From positions 1-27,690 of the IMG/VR virus record IMGVR_UViG_3300044267_004151: 27,690 nt of DNA; one strand, 5' to 3'. The stretch comes from a virus. Its lineage: Duplodnaviria; Caudoviricetes. Below the pieces are notes generated by a model that did no database searches, had not been told where the DNA came from, and saw only the letters and a list, made by a program, of their open reading frames with translations. How positions within the stretch are numbered: the stretch's first letter is position 1; every line of letters starts with the position of its first letter. The translations under genes and the position numbers were made by a program. Shown one piece after another: positions 25,790 through 27,690 of the stretch.

Positions 25790-26532
25790 ACCGATGTCTT
25801 TCCATTAATTATCTCTACAACTTCAACCTTGAAATTCCCATCTTTCCAAAAATCAATTATCGCAAATGCGTGACCCCAGTTATGCAACCTACCAGACAAC
25901 CATTCATTATCCTCCGATTCCATAGACTTTAAACAACCCAAACTCCAAGCACCAATAGAATTGTCAATTCTTGTAATTGTATGTCGTTGGATGTCGTGAG
26001 TATGCCCATACATTATAGAGGTTCCATAACTTGATAGATGCTTCTTTGCGTGATGCAGGCAGACATAAGCACCGTGAATGAAGGCAAGTTTCCCTATCTT
26101 TAATGGTTTATTATGAGAAAGAACCTTGTATCCTCTTTTTTCCCACCTACAAGCACTATCAAATGAATATCCTTTCAAGTAAGGGTAGGCTTCTTTGAAC
26201 TGATTTAACCAATGGTCGTGATTCCCAGTTAATACATACCTTTCCTTACACCCTACCCAGTTAAGACTTCTATCTATTTCATCTATTCCAGCATTAACTC
26301 GTTGTATTTCCTCATCAATAATTGGCAATAAATATTCCAATGGTGGCTTCTTTTTTCTTCTCCAATTCCAATGGCTTACAGATTCCCACTCACCTACATC
26401 CCCAAGATTAATGAAGATGTCCGGCTTCACTATACCTATCGCTTGTTTTACACAAGATGTAGCATTTCTATCCTCTAATGGATAATGCTGATCTGGAATT
26501 ACAACTGCCCTGCGATGTCCTTTAATTTTCAA
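25765..26532 (-). CDS. Calcineurin-like metallophosphoesterase
   Basis: DxH (PDQH), GD, GNHD, HG and GHTH motifs. Confidence 0.92.
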   Translation of the reverse strand: MKIKGHRRAVVIPDQHYPLEDRNATSCVKQAIGIVKPDIFINLGDVGEWESVSHWNWRRKKKPPLEYLLPIIDEEIQRVNAGIDEIDRSLNWVGCKERYVLTGNHDHWLNQFKEAYPYLKGYSFDSACRWEKRGYKVLSHNKPLKIGKLAFIHGAYVCLHHAKKHLSSYGTSIMYGHTHDIQRHTITRIDNSIGAWSLGCLKSMESEDNEWLSGRLHNWGHAFAIIDFWKDGNFKVEVVEIINGKTSVWGQQING

Positions 26533-26538
26533 AAAGCA

Positions 26539-26781
26539 CTAATTCTTATTAAAAAAATAACCAAATAGGGAGGTAAACATAATAGCAAAAACAGAGCCAA
26601 CACCCTTAACCATAGAAATTGCATTCTCTGCCTTACCGATTCTATCATTCTGCTTGGACAAGTGTCTTTCTTGTGCATCTGTTTTTTCCTTAATATGATG
26701 TATGTCGCTTGTTATCCTTGTAAGTGCTAAAGTAACCCATTCTCGATGTTTTTGTGCTGACTTATAATTATCTGCCATCAA
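26539..26781 (-). CDS. Coiled-coil plus C-terminal TM protein (XhlA/holin-like)
   Basis: L.KQN.RI.K.E followed by a hydrophobic helix; next to the endolysin. Confidence 0.6.
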   Translation of the reverse strand: MMADNYKSAQKHREWVTLALTRITSDIHHIKEKTDAQERHLSKQNDRIGKAENAISMVKGVGSVFAIMFTSLFGYFFNKN

Positions 26782-27158
26782 TACCTCAACTCAAAATGAA
26801 CAAGATCATCAAAACTATTATCGTAAAGATTGTGATCATTATTCCAATCTCCACCCCAAACAATAGGAATCCCCAAATGATATGCAATACCTTTAATAAT
26901 TCCTGCGACATAAATAAAATTTTCCCTATCTTCCCAATTAATTGGATATGGTGCTAAGTCCACTGCCAATCCTTCTATATGTTTAGAATCGAGAGTTTTG
27001 GTTTTGCCCTCTTTTTTCAATTCCTTCTGTCTTTCAAGTGAACGCTTGCCCTCAATAAGACTAATATCCACATACTTGATTACCTCTGAAAGAAGTTCTT
27101 GCAAATCTTCATTAAGTTCATCCAAAACTCTCTTTGATTTCTTTCCGAATTTCGGCAT
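26778..27158 (-). CDS. Endolysin, peptidase M15 (L-Ala-D-Glu peptidase-like)
   Basis: EG.RS..RQ, SKH..G.AVD, WGGDW and D..HFEL motifs. Confidence 0.93.
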   Translation of the reverse strand: MPKFGKKSKRVLDELNEDLQELLSEVIKYVDISLIEGKRSLERQKELKKEGKTKTLDSKHIEGLAVDLAPYPINWEDRENFIYVAGIIKGIAYHLGIPIVWGGDWNNDHNLYDNSFDDLVHFELRY

Positions 27159-27162
27159 CTTA

Positions 27163-27378
27163 TTACTTGCCTTTTTTAGGTATACTTTTCTTTCCGGCAG
27201 GTGCTATTGTGCCACCTTTCTTAGCAGATTTTTTACCTTTTTGACCACCACCAGCACCACTACCAGCACCACTGCCAGAATAATACTTTGTAAATGCTTT
27301 GCTACTTATCCTTGAAACACTACCGGATGATCTTCTTCCACCCAATTTCCAACTTCTCACCTTTCCAACTTTTTTCAT
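27163..27378 (-). CDS. Lys/Gly/Ser-rich basic protein
   Basis: AAGGAG RBS; 71 aa with no acidic residues. Confidence 0.7.
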   Translation of the reverse strand: MKKVGKVRSWKLGGRRSSGSVSRISSKAFTKYYSGSGAGSGAGGGQKGKKSAKKGGTIAPAGKKSIPKKGK

Positions 27379-27396
27379 ATTTCTCCTTAATTTGAA

Positions 27397-27424
27397 TGGG
27401 GTGGATATATTTCAACCCACCCCA
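27397..27424 (-). terminator. Stem-loop after the capsid gene (partial terminator or mRNA stabiliser)
   Basis: TGGGGTGG...CCACCCCA inverted repeat just after the capsid stop codon; weak U tract. Confidence 0.65.
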
Positions 27425-27435
27425 GAATATAACAA

Positions 27436-27662
27436 TTAGTCAGTTATTACACAAGCAAGGTCGTTCACTAACAATGAAACGCCATAACAAGAACTTGCTA
27501 CTAAATCAGTAGAAAGATATGCAACATTTTCTTGTGCTTTTACATTTGGCTCTATTGAGAATGCACAACCCATAGCATTACGATGATACAATACACCAAT
27601 TTTATTAGCATCTGTACCAGTCGCTTCTAATGCACCTGCACTATTAGCATATACTTTCGCAC
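27436..27662 (-). CDS. Major capsid protein, C-terminal part
   Basis: In frame with 1..679 via the terminal overlap (GMIY|GAKVY). G-x-I-Y-G-x-x-V, YHRNAMG and YGV motifs are typical of capsid C-termini. Confidence 0.9.
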
Positions 27663-27689
27663 CATAGATCATTCCAAGAGCACCAGTAA
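27663..27689 (+). repeat. 27-bp direct terminal repeat, right copy
   Basis: Identical to 1-27. The following base differs (C at 28, T at 27690). Confidence 0.95.
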
Positions 27690-27690
27690 T

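Noticed and set aside
1135-27315. All plus-strand ORFs in the track
   Set aside because: They are antisense shadows of well-supported minus-strand genes and lack recognisable motifs.

Overview
The window is almost certainly a complete, circularly permuted genome (about 27,662 bp) of a small AT-rich tailed dsDNA phage, probably with a siphovirus-like non-contractile tail. The first 27 bp recur at the end, and the major capsid gene reads through that junction. Every credible gene is on the minus strand. Transcription order from the AT-rich control region (about 14.77-15.2 kb): small early genes, Cro-like HTH, ERF, SpoVG/SSB-like, DUF4373-type replication initiator, Hjc resolvase, HTH, Mor-like activator; then ParB-N, glycosyltransferase, TET/JBP dioxygenase, TerS, TerL, portal, head morphogenesis, scaffold, capsid; then lysis genes and a metallophosphoesterase, adaptor, two paralogous tail-tube genes, a -1 frameshifted tail chaperone, tape measure and tail tip. 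I saw no integrase, DNA polymerase, helicase, DNA methyltransferase or obvious tail fibre. The most notable points are: (1) a ParB/TET-associated glycosyltransferase/TET base-hypermodification cassette coupled to the terminase genes with no methyltransferase; (2) strong motif bias, with AGCT, GCNGC and CCTG[A/G/T] essentially absent (no Ala-Ala dipeptide seen) and CCGG about 3-fold in excess; (3) two identical Mor-type activator boxes with identically spaced -10 elements; (4) a 21-bp dyad repeat resembling a Cas12a repeat stem. All calls come from reading motifs by eye; no database searches were run.
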